Source: Candidatus Aenigmatarchaeota archaeon (GTDB lineage Archaea; Aenigmatarchaeota; Aenigmatarchaeia; CG10238-14; SCSR01). From it: a stretch of 42,038 nucleotides of DNA. A model generated the notes under the pieces. The model saw only the letters and a program-made list of their open reading frames with translations. It was not told where the DNA came from and searched no databases. Positions within the stretch are counted from its first letter, which is position 1; each line of letters opens with the position of its first letter. Location of the stretch: NCBI GenBank assembly GCA_039091335.1, contig JAWCME010000001.1, forward strand, positions 76,024 through 118,061, read 5' to 3'. Of this stretch, positions 17,663-27,578 are shown piece by piece. Both the position numbers and the translations under genes were made by a program.

Positions 17663-18400
17663 ACCGGGGTATCTAATCCCGATCGCTCCCCTAGCTTTCG
17701 TCCCTCACAGTCAGACCCGTTCCAGCAAGACGCCTTCGCCACAGGTTGTCCCCTTTGGATTAAAGGATTTAACCCCTACCCAAAGAGTACATCTTGCCTC
17801 TCCCGGTCTCAAGCCCGAAAGTATCCTCAGCAAGCCCTCCAGTTTACTGGAGGATTTCACCAAGGACTTTTCAGGCCTGCTACGGACTCTTTAGACCCAA
17901 TAATCGTGACCATCACTTGGAGTGCGGGTATTACCGCGGTGGCTGGCACCCGTCTTACCCACTCCTTATTCGCCTTCCTGTTTTCAGAAGGCAAAAGCTC
18001 TTGCAGAGCAAGAGCACTCCGGGTTCCCTTATCTCGCGTTAGCGAATTGTAAAGTTTTCGCGCCTGCTGCGTTCCGTAGAACCTGGACTCATGTCTCAGA
18101 GTCCATCTCCGGGCTCCTACTTCCATAGCCCGTAGGCGTTATCGCTTTGTTGGTTCGTTACACCAACAACAGGCTGATACCATGCAGTCCCATCCTTAGC
18201 CGCAATTGCTTTTGTTGTTGGAACCTTCCAGTATCCAACAACTATGGAGTATTGAGCTCAGTTTCCCGAGTTTATCCTCCAGCTAAGGGTAGGTTGACTG
18301 CACATTACGGAGCAGTTCGCCGAGGGCTTTCCCCTCTCGACTCGCATGGCTTAGTCGAACCCGGATAGCAATGGTCTCTGGCGGGATCAACCAGAATTTT

Positions 18401-18436
18401 GGTTCTACCTCTAGGTTTCATCAATCAACCTACCTT
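18401..18436 (-). other. 5' arm of pre-16S processing stem (relaxed BHB)
   Basis: AAGGUAGGUUG...GAUG AAA CCUAGAGG is complementary to 16608-16642. Confidence 0.85.
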
Positions 18437-18552
18437 GAGCGTTATTCAAGGATTAACTGTAGCGTGAGTTGAATTAAAACCTTCATCCCAAGTCATTCGA
18501 CTTATTTCTGGTTCAAACGCCAAGCTCACGCAAATAAAATTTAACTTAAGGA

Positions 18553-18560
18553 TATTTAAA
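18553..18560 (-). promoter_or_regulatory. Candidate TATA box of the 16S transcript
   Basis: TTTAAATA with A-rich BRE, about 29 nt upstream of the GCGUGAG/CUCACGC leader stem. Confidence 0.6.
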
Positions 18561-18768
18561 TATTTTATTATCTGCTTCTGTTAAATTATTGTTGCTAAGA
18601 ATTAAAAAAATTGATAGTAGCTAAGTTAATAAGCTATTTCCAATTTGTCTGTGGGTTTAATCTAGCTAATCTACCTACATGAAAGAACTGTAAACGAATA
18701 AGTAAAAAAACATTTATATTTTTGTTTGCATTCAATTGTTTTAATAATAAAAAAGAATATATGGAAAT

Positions 18769-18869
18769 GGCCCGAATGGTGCAGGCTCAAATGCTGTAAT
18801 GGTCTAGCACAAGGGCCTGTGGAGCCCTAGAAAATTGGGGAAACTCGGGTTCAAATCCCGATTCGGGCC
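18769..18869 (+). tRNA. tRNA-His(GUG) with encoded G-1 and introns at 17/17a (18787-18799) and 45/46 (18831-18842)
   Basis: G-1:C73; spliced D stem GUGC/GCAC; central helices GCAG/CUGU and CCCU/GGGG. Confidence 0.9.
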
Positions 18870-18905
18870 CATAAAAGAAACTGAAAAATTTGTTTTGTGA
18901 AAGTT

Positions 18906-19124
18906 TTAACCCTCAACCAAATAATATCCAGCAGCCTTTTCTCTCACAATCCTTTTAATAACTTTTTTATTGGATAAAGACATTAATAGATTCGCAACTT
19001 TTCCTTTTGGAAGCATTGCTGCCTTTGCTATATGGTCTGCAGTCTTTAGTTTGTCCTCTGCAGTGGCCTTTAACATTTTCATTGCTTCAACAACCCTTTT
19101 CTCTTCTTCCGTCAGCTCAACCAT
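18906..19124 (-). CDS. Small winged-helix DNA-binding protein
   Basis: 72 aa; TADHIAKAAMLPKGKVANLLMSLSNKKVIKR has an HTH-wing pattern. Confidence 0.7.
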   Translation of the reverse strand: MVELTEEEKRVVEAMKMLKATAEDKLKTADHIAKAAMLPKGKVANLLMSLSNKKVIKRIVREKAAGYYLVEG

Positions 19125-19240
19125 TTTCTCATCTAAATTATTAGTTGATTTTTAAATTAATTAATTTAAAAAATAAATTTCTAATTCAAAAAATCTAAAA
19201 CACAACTTCTTTTGCTCTGATATATAGAAATTAAAAATTA

Positions 19241-19365
19241 TGCTGGGAGTGGGATTTGAACCCACGACTTCTGCGATTCACCTTTCATTTTTTAATCAAA
19301 GCTCATAAGATTATGAGCGCAGCTTAAGCTTTTACAATGTTCTAACCAGACTGAACTATCCCAGC
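19241..19365 (-). tRNA. tRNA(CAU), probably elongator Met, with introns at 38/39 (19276-19310) and ~25/26 (19324-19338)
   Basis: Removing 35+15 nt gives CUGCG CUCAUAA CGCAG. The 38/39 intron has helix UCAU/GUGA; the first junction is uncertain, and Ile2 cannot be fully excluded. Confidence 0.8.
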
Positions 19366-19386
19366 ATATAAATGCTTAAGTAAAAA

Positions 19387-20040
19387 TTAAAATTTAAGGT
19401 TGTGTTTTTTCATTGCTTTATATATTCTTTCTACCATTTTTTCTGGCTCTATAAAACTTTTTCTGCACGCAACATTTATCAAAACCCCTTTTTCTTTATA
19501 GAAATTTCTAAGCAGTTTAATAGTTTTTTTATCTCTCTCAATTCTTTTTCTAATCAGGGAAGGTTTATCATCTTCTCTCTGATAAAGTTCACCGCCACAC
19601 TTATCGCATATATTTTTCTTCTTTGGTTTTATTGACTTTAGGTTGTAAATCTCACCGCATTTTCTGCATACTCTCCTAGTGCTTAATCTTTCTATTAAGG
19701 TCCTGAATGGGACAATTAGATTAATAACAGCATCTATTTTTGTGATTTTTTCGAGTGAAATTGCCTGATTTATTGTTCTTGGAAAACCGTCAAGAATAAA
19801 CCCTTTCTTACAGTCACTTTTCTTTAATCTTTGCCTTATAACTTCTATTGTTAAATCGTCCGGAACAAGCGATCCTGCCTCGATGTATTTTTTAACTTCT
19901 CTTCCTATCTTTGTTTTTTTCGATGCTATTTCTCTTAACAAGTCTCCTATCGATATGTGAGGTATTCCAAGGTCAGAAGATATTCTTGATGAATAAGTGC
20001 CTTTACCAGATCCAACAAATCCCAAAAAGACTATTCTCAT
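19387..20040 (-). CDS. adk: Adenylate kinase (Zn-lid, bacterial type)
   Basis: GFVGSGKGT, HISIGDLLR, ILDGFPRT, RRVCRKC..CDKCGGELYQREDD. Confidence 0.92.
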   Translation of the reverse strand: MRIVFLGFVGSGKGTYSSRISSDLGIPHISIGDLLREIASKKTKIGREVKKYIEAGSLVPDDLTIEVIRQRLKKSDCKKGFILDGFPRTINQAISLEKITKIDAVINLIVPFRTLIERLSTRRVCRKCGEIYNLKSIKPKKKNICDKCGGELYQREDDKPSLIRKRIERDKKTIKLLRNFYKEKGVLINVACRKSFIEPEKMVERIYKAMKKHNLKF

Positions 20041-20102
20041 ATCATCAACTTTTTTATTAACTATATTTTCATTACCTTAAAAACCTTTGGTTTTTAAGAA
20101 TT

Positions 20103-21029
20103 TTATATCCGCTCTTTAAGAGCAGAAACAATTATTGGCAGAGCAATTGTTGCATCACAATAAACAGTACAAATTTTTGATTTTTCTCCTATTTTTCCCC
20201 AACTCTTTGCTTCTTCTAGAGTTGCTCCTGTTAAATTTCCGTATTCTGGTCCCTCTCTTACAATTTGAACTACATATTTGTGTGGTTTGTCTGCAATTAA
20301 AACTGACTGAAGGATAAAATTTTTTGGAACTCCTCCACCCAGAATTAGAGCCCCCGTATTTCTTTTTTCTTCCTTCAAGTCAAAGTTAAGATTTATTAAG
20401 AAATTTAAATCTATCATCTCGTTTATTCTTATAGAATGGTCTTGTGAATATAGCCAGAATTGTATTCCAAGAATAGAATCAACAATACCTGGAACTATAA
20501 TTTTAATGCCTTTCTTGCTTGCATTTCTTACTATAGAATTTTTATCCTTTATTCTCTTACCAATTTCTTCAATTAGTTCAAATGTTGAATATTCCTTTTC
20601 TTTAAGCTTATACAATATCGATTGAACTTTTTTTTCCATCGTTGACATCGTTTTTACCGGAGAAATAATGTCATATATCCTGTCAAACCCCATTTTCTTC
20701 AGTTTTACATCATCGACTTTTTCTGGGTTGCATTGAATATACTTTTCTCCGAAAGATTGAGCTATGTCATGAGTGATGTTTGAACCAGTAGAAACTATTA
20801 TATCTACCCACCTGTTTTTTATCAACTCAACTATACATCCCCTCATTCCAGCAGGAACCAAAGCACCTGCTAGACCAAGGAATTTTACACATCCCCTTTC
20901 TCTAATCATCTCTTCTATTATTTCAGTTGCTTCGCCCAGCCTTCTTGCATTGAATGCTGTAAGTTTCATTTGCCTCAACAACTCTCCTACTGTTTGTTTT
21001 TTTGGGACTAGATTTTTTGTAAAAATCAT
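20103..21029 (-). CDS. dys: Deoxyhypusine synthase
   Basis: GALVPAGMR, STGSNITHD, LGGGVPKN, GATLEEAKSWGK, CDATIALP. Confidence 0.93.
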   Translation of the reverse strand: MIFTKNLVPKKQTVGELLRQMKLTAFNARRLGEATEIIEEMIRERGCVKFLGLAGALVPAGMRGCIVELIKNRWVDIIVSTGSNITHDIAQSFGEKYIQCNPEKVDDVKLKKMGFDRIYDIISPVKTMSTMEKKVQSILYKLKEKEYSTFELIEEIGKRIKDKNSIVRNASKKGIKIIVPGIVDSILGIQFWLYSQDHSIRINEMIDLNFLINLNFDLKEEKRNTGALILGGGVPKNFILQSVLIADKPHKYVVQIVREGPEYGNLTGATLEEAKSWGKIGEKSKICTVYCDATIALPIIVSALKERI

Positions 21030-21058
21030 ATTATTTCATATAAAAATTAAAACTAATA

Positions 21059-22807
21059 TTGATGAATATGGAGTACGAAAAGGAAATAAGAAAAATTTTA
21101 GAGGATTGTGGAATAGAAGTAAGGAGAATAGAAATTCCTCCTGATCCAAAACTTGGTGACTTTTCATTTCCATGCTTCGAGCTGGCAAAAAAATTTAAAA
21201 AGGAACCACAAGAAGTAGCTAAGGAAATATGTAAAAAGATAAAATTGAACAAAAAATTTTTAAAAGTAGAAGCAAATTCCGGTTATGTAAACTTCTTTCT
21301 AAATTGGAATGAAATATCAAAAGAAGTATTGAGTGATGTTCAAAAAATTAAAGTCAATGTTGGGAATGGTTCAAAGGTCATGGTAGAATATGTTTCTGCA
21401 AACCCGATCCATCCCCTACATGTGGGTTCTTTAAGAAATGCCCTAATTGGAAGTTCTCTTGTTAAAATCCTAGAAAAAACAAACCACAAGGTAATTTCTC
21501 ATTTTTATGTAAACGATATGGGGTTGCAAGTAGCGAAGCTTGTATACGGCTTCTTGAATTTCCCTGAAAAAAAATTAGAGGAAAAGGCTGATCACTGGCT
21601 CGGAAAAATTTATGCTATTACAGACAGGTTTATAGAAAACGATAAAGAAGTATTGAAGGAACTGAAGAACAAGTGGCCAGATGTTTTTGAAAAACTAATT
21701 AGAAACCTAGAAAAAAAAGAAGACATAAAAGGTGATTTAAAAGACTTGATTAAGAGATGCGAATCTGGAGATTTAAAAACTGTGAAAAAATTTAAGAGGA
21801 TAGCTAAGATTTGTATTCGTGGATTTAAAAAAACATTAAATGAAATTGGAATAAAATTCGATTCCTTTGATTTTGAATCCGATTTTGTTATTGACGGTTC
21901 TGTACATAGAGTTGTTGAAAAACTTAAGGAAAAGGGAATGCTTAAAAGGAGTGAAGAAAATACACTTGTACTAGATTTAGGAAAGTTTAATCTTCCTTCC
22001 CTTGTCCTTGTAAGGTCAGACGGTACCACTCTTTATGTAACAAGAGATATTGCCTATAGCATATGGAAATTTGAGAAGTTTGGAGTAGAGAAGGTTATAA
22101 ACATTATAGGTATCGAACAAAGCCTAGCTCAATCTCAACTAAGAGCTGCTTTAAAGCTACTTGGATATGAAAAGGAGAGTGAAAACCTTATACATCTTGC
22201 ATACAATCATGTCCGTCTTCCTGGAATTAAAATGTCTGGCAGGAGAGGAAGATACCTAACTATAGACGAATTGATTGAAATTTCTTTTAAAAAAGCTTTA
22301 AGTGAAGTTGAAAAAAGAGGAACGTCTGAAAAAAATAAATATAAAATTGCGAGAGAAATTGCGATAGGAGCAATTAAATACGCAATACTAAAGGTAGAGC
22401 CAGAAAAGGAAATAACTTTTGATATTGAAAAAGCTATAAGGTTTGAGGGAGATACAGGACCATACATACAGTACGCTTACACGCGTTGTTCTAGTATTAT
22501 GAGAAAGGCAAGAAAAATTGAAGGCATAGAAGTAAAAAATATTACAGAAAATGAAAAAGAACTTATTAAAAAAATTTCTGAATTTCCAAAGGTTTTGGAA
22601 AATGCTTCAAGAGAATTGAGGCCACATTACATTTGTAATTATGCTTATGAGCTTGCAACTAGGTTTGATAGATTTTATGAATTTTGCCCTGTATTGAAGG
22701 CTGAAAACGAGATAAGAAATTTCAGACTAGCACTAGTAGATTTAACAAGAAAAATATTGAAAAACTGTTTAGAGTTATTGGGAATAAAACCATTAGAAAA
22801 AATGTAG
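21059..22807 (+). CDS. argS: Arginine--tRNA ligase
   Basis: EYVSANPIHPLHVG, RSDGTTLYVTRDIAY, KMSGRRG, FEGDTGPYIQYAYTR. Confidence 0.97.
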   Translation: MMNMEYEKEIRKILEDCGIEVRRIEIPPDPKLGDFSFPCFELAKKFKKEPQEVAKEICKKIKLNKKFLKVEANSGYVNFFLNWNEISKEVLSDVQKIKVNVGNGSKVMVEYVSANPIHPLHVGSLRNALIGSSLVKILEKTNHKVISHFYVNDMGLQVAKLVYGFLNFPEKKLEEKADHWLGKIYAITDRFIENDKEVLKELKNKWPDVFEKLIRNLEKKEDIKGDLKDLIKRCESGDLKTVKKFKRIAKICIRGFKKTLNEIGIKFDSFDFESDFVIDGSVHRVVEKLKEKGMLKRSEENTLVLDLGKFNLPSLVLVRSDGTTLYVTRDIAYSIWKFEKFGVEKVINIIGIEQSLAQSQLRAALKLLGYEKESENLIHLAYNHVRLPGIKMSGRRGRYLTIDELIEISFKKALSEVEKRGTSEKNKYKIAREIAIGAIKYAILKVEPEKEITFDIEKAIRFEGDTGPYIQYAYTRCSSIMRKARKIEGIEVKNITENEKELIKKISEFPKVLENASRELRPHYICNYAYELATRFDRFYEFCPVLKAENEIRNFRLALVDLTRKILKNCLELLGIKPLEKM

Positions 22808-24133
22808 TCATCCGTAATCTATTTCTCTAAGCTTATCAAAAAGCATCATAAAAAATTCTTTGTCTTTTTCCTCTTTTATTGCACTTTCTATTTTATCTTT
22901 TTCTATTAGTTTTTTTTCTCCGTCAAAAAGGCGAAATGGTTCTAAGTTTTTATTTACTGTAGAATTTGGTGATGTCCAAGAAAATGGACCAAGAATCATG
23001 CCTGGGTAGAACATTGTACCTATACCAGTCTTACAATAATCTCCCATCACTATTCCAAACTTTCTTCTTCTCGTGTCTTTAAGTTCTCCTTTTATTAGGA
23101 CTTTTATTGGTTTATTATCATGCCTTAAGTTTGCTACAATCGTGCCTGCACCAAAGTTACAGTTTTTTCCTATTAAGGAGTCAGCAACATATGAAAGATG
23201 GCTAATGTGTGTGTTATCATCTACAATTACATTTTTTATTTCTGAACCATTTCCAATTCTACAGTTTTTTCCTATGGTTGTGTTGCTTCTTATATAGCAA
23301 TTTGGTCCTATGTCGCTTCCTTCTCCTATAAAACATGGTCCCTCTATATACACGCCACTTCTTATTCTTACATTTGAGTTTATAAAAACTTCCTTATCCA
23401 TGCTCACATTACTTTCTATCTTTGCACCATCGCTTATGAAACTTTTGATATCCTTTAATTTTTCTTCGTTTGCAGTCAAAAGATCCCATGGATAGCCTAT
23501 AGGAATCCAGTTTTCTACAATTTCACAATCAACGTCAAAAACAGAAGAAATCCTTTTCACATAATCTGTAAGCTCTATCTCACCCCTTATTGATTTTTCG
23601 GATTGAATAAAATTGAAAATTTCTTTATCAAAAACATACATCCCTGTATTTGCAATGTCCGAGACGAATTGGCTTGGCTTTTCTATCAAGTCCAAAACCT
23701 TATTTCCTTCTAGTATAAACACACCGAACCTCTCTGGATCTTCAACTTTTTTTGCAGAAACACACATATCATGCCTAATACATTTTTCCATATCGCCACT
23801 AGAATAAATATCGTCTCCGTACAAAACTAAAAATTTTTCTTCGTTTCTCAATAAATCCTTTGCCTGCAGAAGTGCATGGCCTGTGCCAAGCTGTTCTTTT
23901 TGTAGCACATAATTTATCTTAATTCCCTGAAATTCTTCTCCGAAGTAGTTTTTAATTTGCTCCCACATATAACCTACTACAACAATCACTTCGTCTATTC
24001 CAACTTTTTTAATTTGTTCTAAAGTATGATGTAATATTGGCTTATTTGCAACTCTCAAAAGTGGTTTTGGCCTTGTAAACGTTAGGGGGCGCATCCTCTT
24101 CCCTTCTCCTGCGGCTAAAATAACTGCCTTCAT
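22808..24133 (-). CDS. glmU: GlmU-like sugar-1-phosphate nucleotidylyltransferase/acetyltransferase
   Basis: ILAAGEGKRMRPLT..PKPL, QLGTGHA, hexapeptide repeats, HLSYVADS, NFGAGT. Confidence 0.9.
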   Translation of the reverse strand: MKAVILAAGEGKRMRPLTFTRPKPLLRVANKPILHHTLEQIKKVGIDEVIVVVGYMWEQIKNYFGEEFQGIKINYVLQKEQLGTGHALLQAKDLLRNEEKFLVLYGDDIYSSGDMEKCIRHDMCVSAKKVEDPERFGVFILEGNKVLDLIEKPSQFVSDIANTGMYVFDKEIFNFIQSEKSIRGEIELTDYVKRISSVFDVDCEIVENWIPIGYPWDLLTANEEKLKDIKSFISDGAKIESNVSMDKEVFINSNVRIRSGVYIEGPCFIGEGSDIGPNCYIRSNTTIGKNCRIGNGSEIKNVIVDDNTHISHLSYVADSLIGKNCNFGAGTIVANLRHDNKPIKVLIKGELKDTRRRKFGIVMGDYCKTGIGTMFYPGMILGPFSWTSPNSTVNKNLEPFRLFDGEKKLIEKDKIESAIKEEKDKEFFMMLFDKLREIDYG

Positions 24134-24137
24134 TTTT

Positions 24138-25463
24138 TTACCTTGGTATTGTTTTTATAATTTCTTCCGCAATCAGTTTGATTTTTTCAAATTCTTCTTT
24201 GTCAGAAGATTCCAACCCAACAGAAATTTTTGCTTCTGTGTTTGAAGGTCTAAAAAGCATCCATCCATGCTTAAAGTTAACCCTTACACCATCTAATGTG
24301 ACTATCTCATATCCATCTTTCTTTAGCTTATCTTTTAGATTTTCTATGAATTTAAACTTCTCCTCTTCTCTTACTGGTAGTCTGTCTGCATACGAATAAT
24401 ATTTGGGGTAGCTACTTGTTAGTTCTGATACGCTCTTTCCTGTCTTTTTCAAAACACTTAAAAGTTTTATACACGCGACAAGAACATCATCGGTATAGTT
24501 TGACTCTTTAAAAAAATAATGGCCAGAAAATTCACCTCCCATCACAGCATTTTCTTCAATACATTTTCTTGCTATAAAAGTATGACCAACCCTAGAAACT
24601 ATTGGAGTTCCTCCCTTCTTTCTAATAACATCTTCAACAAGCTTTGAGCATAGTACATCATGTATTACCTTATCCCCATTTTTAATTGCATCCTCTATTA
24701 GAATGGAAAATATGTGGTTTGGGTTTATACTTCCGTTTTTATCAACAACAAGTACTCTGTCTCCATCTCCATCAAAACCAAATCCCAAATCAGCTCCAAT
24801 TTCCTTAACTTTTTTCTCCAAATCTAACATGAATTCTTTTTGCATCGGATCCGGAACATGGTTTGGGAAATTTCCATCTGGCTCGCAATAAATTTCTATT
24901 ACTTCTAACCCACACTCCCTCAAAATATCTGAATATATTTTCCCAGCAATCCCATTTGCTCCATCTACTACAATTTTAAATCCGTCTAAACTTTCATGAA
25001 CCAATGACTTTATAAAATTAGAATATTTCTTTACAACCTCAAGCTTTTCTATCTTTCCAACCCCTTTTTTAAAATATTTTGTTTTTGTTAATTCTTCGAC
25101 TTTCTCTAATCCGTCCTCATAACCTATAGGTATTCCTTTTGAATTACAAAATTTCATTCCGTTGTGTTCTTTTGGAAGATGAGAGCCGGTAACAGAAATG
25201 CCAAAATCAAATCCAATTCCGTAGCAAGCAAAATATACAATTGGGGTCGGAACAAAACCAATATCTATTACTTCAATTCCGGAGTCCATCAAACCATTTA
25301 TTAAACTTTCTTTCAATTTAGGTGTGCTAAGCCTAGCATCACCACCGACCACAATTCTACCAGAAAACAAAGTACCAAACGCCCTTCCAATAATATATGC
25401 AATTTTTTCATCTAACTCTTTTGGATATATTCCTCTTACATCATATGCCTTGAATACACTCAT
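24138..25463 (-). CDS. Phosphoglucosamine/phosphomannomutase
   Basis: FKAYDVRG, VTGSHLP phosphoserine, FDGDGDR, GGEFSGH. Confidence 0.92.
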   Translation of the reverse strand: MSVFKAYDVRGIYPKELDEKIAYIIGRAFGTLFSGRIVVGGDARLSTPKLKESLINGLMDSGIEVIDIGFVPTPIVYFACYGIGFDFGISVTGSHLPKEHNGMKFCNSKGIPIGYEDGLEKVEELTKTKYFKKGVGKIEKLEVVKKYSNFIKSLVHESLDGFKIVVDGANGIAGKIYSDILRECGLEVIEIYCEPDGNFPNHVPDPMQKEFMLDLEKKVKEIGADLGFGFDGDGDRVLVVDKNGSINPNHIFSILIEDAIKNGDKVIHDVLCSKLVEDVIRKKGGTPIVSRVGHTFIARKCIEENAVMGGEFSGHYFFKESNYTDDVLVACIKLLSVLKKTGKSVSELTSSYPKYYSYADRLPVREEEKFKFIENLKDKLKKDGYEIVTLDGVRVNFKHGWMLFRPSNTEAKISVGLESSDKEEFEKIKLIAEEIIKTIPR

Positions 25464-25492
25464 CTAATCACATTTTTATTTTAGTCAAAAAT

Positions 25493-27256
25493 CTATTTTA
25501 CTGTGACACTTTTCGCCAAATTTCTTGGCCTATCCGGGTCGCATCCCCTTAGTATGGCTAGTTGATAGGCAAGTATTTGTATTGGAATTATTTGACATAT
25601 TGGATTACAGTTACCCACTTCAGGAACCTTTACGAAAAAATCAAAGATTTCGTTCTTTTTACTTCCAATCCCAATTATATAAGCCCCCCTTGCCTTTAAT
25701 TCCATTGCATTTGAAATAATTTCCTTTTCGTTTTCTTCTGAAGTGAATACTATGCATGGTGTATCTTTGTCTATTAGCGCGATTGTTCCATGCTTGAGTT
25801 CGCCTCCGGCAAATGCTTCTGCATGAATATAAGAAACCTCTTTTATTTTTAATGCTGCTTCAAGGGCAGTCGGATATTGTAATCCTCTTCCAATCAAAAA
25901 TATATGCTGCTTATCTTTCAGTTTTTCTGCAAGTTGTTTAATATGATTTCTGACGCTGGCTGAAGTTAAATGATAAATCAAATTCCAAAGGTATTTAAGT
26001 TCCTTCCTACCGTTTTCATAATTTCCTGCTATAGCGTGAGCAAGTAAGGTTAATATTGCTAGTTGAGAAGTATATGTTTTTGTTGCAACAACACAAATTT
26101 CTGGACCAGCATGCATCATCAATGCTTTGTCCGAATTCATATGTAAAGAGGAGCCAATCCTATTAACTATTGATATCACTTTGCTTCCCTTCTTTTTAGC
26201 TGTTTTTACCGCATCTAAAACATCTATTGTTTCACCGCTCTGTGAAACTGCTATAACCAATGTTTTATCAGTAAGAAAATGTTCATAATTAGAAAATTCT
26301 GATGCTAACACAACATTAACATGAAGTTTTGCTATTTTTGAAAAAAGATAGCTTGCAGAAAGGCATGCATGATACGAAGTGCCACAGGCAATGAAAAAAA
26401 CTCCGCTTGCATTCTTTATTTCTTCTGCAATTTCAAATATTATTTTTTCATCTTGTGCGATTGCCCTTTGGACTGTTTCTACTTGTTCAGATATCTCTTT
26501 CATCATAAAATGGTCAAATTCTCCTTTTTGCGCTTGCTCCGGATTCCATTCAACTGTATGTATTGGTCTCTCTACCTTACCATACTGTAAATTAAATATT
26601 TGAATTTCTTCTCCAAGAACAACAAAGTCTTTGTCATAAAGATATATTACATTTGGGGTAAATTCTAAAAATGCTGGTATGTCACTAGCAGCAAAATATT
26701 CGGTTTCTTTAACTCCTATTACTAACGGCGAACCATTTCTTGCCGCTATGATTTTTTTTATTCCATCATGCAGCGCGAGTATAGCATAGTTTCCCTCAAG
26801 TTTTTTGAACGCCTCTTTGCATGCTTCGACAAAATCTTTTCCGTTCTTCATTTCAAATTCTATTAAGTTTGGTATTACTTCGGTATCAGTCTCACTATAA
26901 AAAGAAAAACCATTTTTAATCAAAAAATCTCTAATCTCTTTATAGTTTTCTATTATGCCATTATGCACTACAGCAATTTTTTTGTTGTTTGATAAATGAG
27001 GATGCGCGTTTATTTGATTAACTCTACCATGCGTTGCCCATCTTGTGTGAGCTATTCCAATTTTTCCTTTCATGTCAAAAAAATTTAATTTGGCGTGAAT
27101 ATCATCAACCCTTCCCACATCTTTCTTAACATAAATTTTATCGCTCAGCGTTGCCATTCCAGCAGAATCATATCCTCTATACTCAAGCTTTCTCAGTCCT
27201 TCCAATAATATTGGTGCTGCTTCTTTATTTCCAATATATCCGAATATGCCACACAT
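25493..27256 (-). CDS. glmS: Glutamine--fructose-6-phosphate aminotransferase
   Basis: MCGIFG, LEYRGYDSAG, AHTRWATHG, SQSGET, LAKSVTV. Confidence 0.97.
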   Translation of the reverse strand: MCGIFGYIGNKEAAPILLEGLRKLEYRGYDSAGMATLSDKIYVKKDVGRVDDIHAKLNFFDMKGKIGIAHTRWATHGRVNQINAHPHLSNNKKIAVVHNGIIENYKEIRDFLIKNGFSFYSETDTEVIPNLIEFEMKNGKDFVEACKEAFKKLEGNYAILALHDGIKKIIAARNGSPLVIGVKETEYFAASDIPAFLEFTPNVIYLYDKDFVVLGEEIQIFNLQYGKVERPIHTVEWNPEQAQKGEFDHFMMKEISEQVETVQRAIAQDEKIIFEIAEEIKNASGVFFIACGTSYHACLSASYLFSKIAKLHVNVVLASEFSNYEHFLTDKTLVIAVSQSGETIDVLDAVKTAKKKGSKVISIVNRIGSSLHMNSDKALMMHAGPEICVVATKTYTSQLAILTLLAHAIAGNYENGRKELKYLWNLIYHLTSASVRNHIKQLAEKLKDKQHIFLIGRGLQYPTALEAALKIKEVSYIHAEAFAGGELKHGTIALIDKDTPCIVFTSEENEKEIISNAMELKARGAYIIGIGSKKNEIFDFFVKVPEVGNCNPICQIIPIQILAYQLAILRGCDPDRPRNLAKSVTVK

Positions 27257-27381
27257 CATTCATCAACCAGTGCTGGCTGACTCTTTAACCAAACATACTT
27301 GCAATCTTTACACTCATAGGCCATTGGATAGTTTGTGTTCAATATAACTACCCTTTGTGACTTACATTTTGGACATTCCAT
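27256..27381 (-). CDS. 41-aa zinc-ribbon protein coupled to glmS (not in ORF track)
   Basis: MECPKCKSQRVVILNTNYPMAYECKDCKYVWLKSQPALVDE; TGATG overlap with the glmS start. Confidence 0.7.
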   Translation of the reverse strand: MECPKCKSQRVVILNTNYPMAYECKDCKYVWLKSQPALVDE

Positions 27382-27578
27382 TTTCTCACAGGGGAGAAGC
27401 AAAATTTTAATCAGAATGCTCTTTGGGCTTTCTTCTCCCTTTATTAAATTGAGGGAACAAAATAAAAATCAAACCTAAAAATGCGATTTTGTGACCAACA
27501 AAAGGTAATGAAGAAAGAAGCATAGAAATGACCTTATTATTAAAAACAAATTTATAATAGTAAATATTTATTTTTAAT

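Noticed and set aside
18440-18531. tRNA-like GGTTCAAA or a C/D guide in the 16S leader
   Set aside because: No cloverleaf and no convincing C/D box set. It is a leader stem (GCGUGAG/CUCACGC) with internal hairpins.
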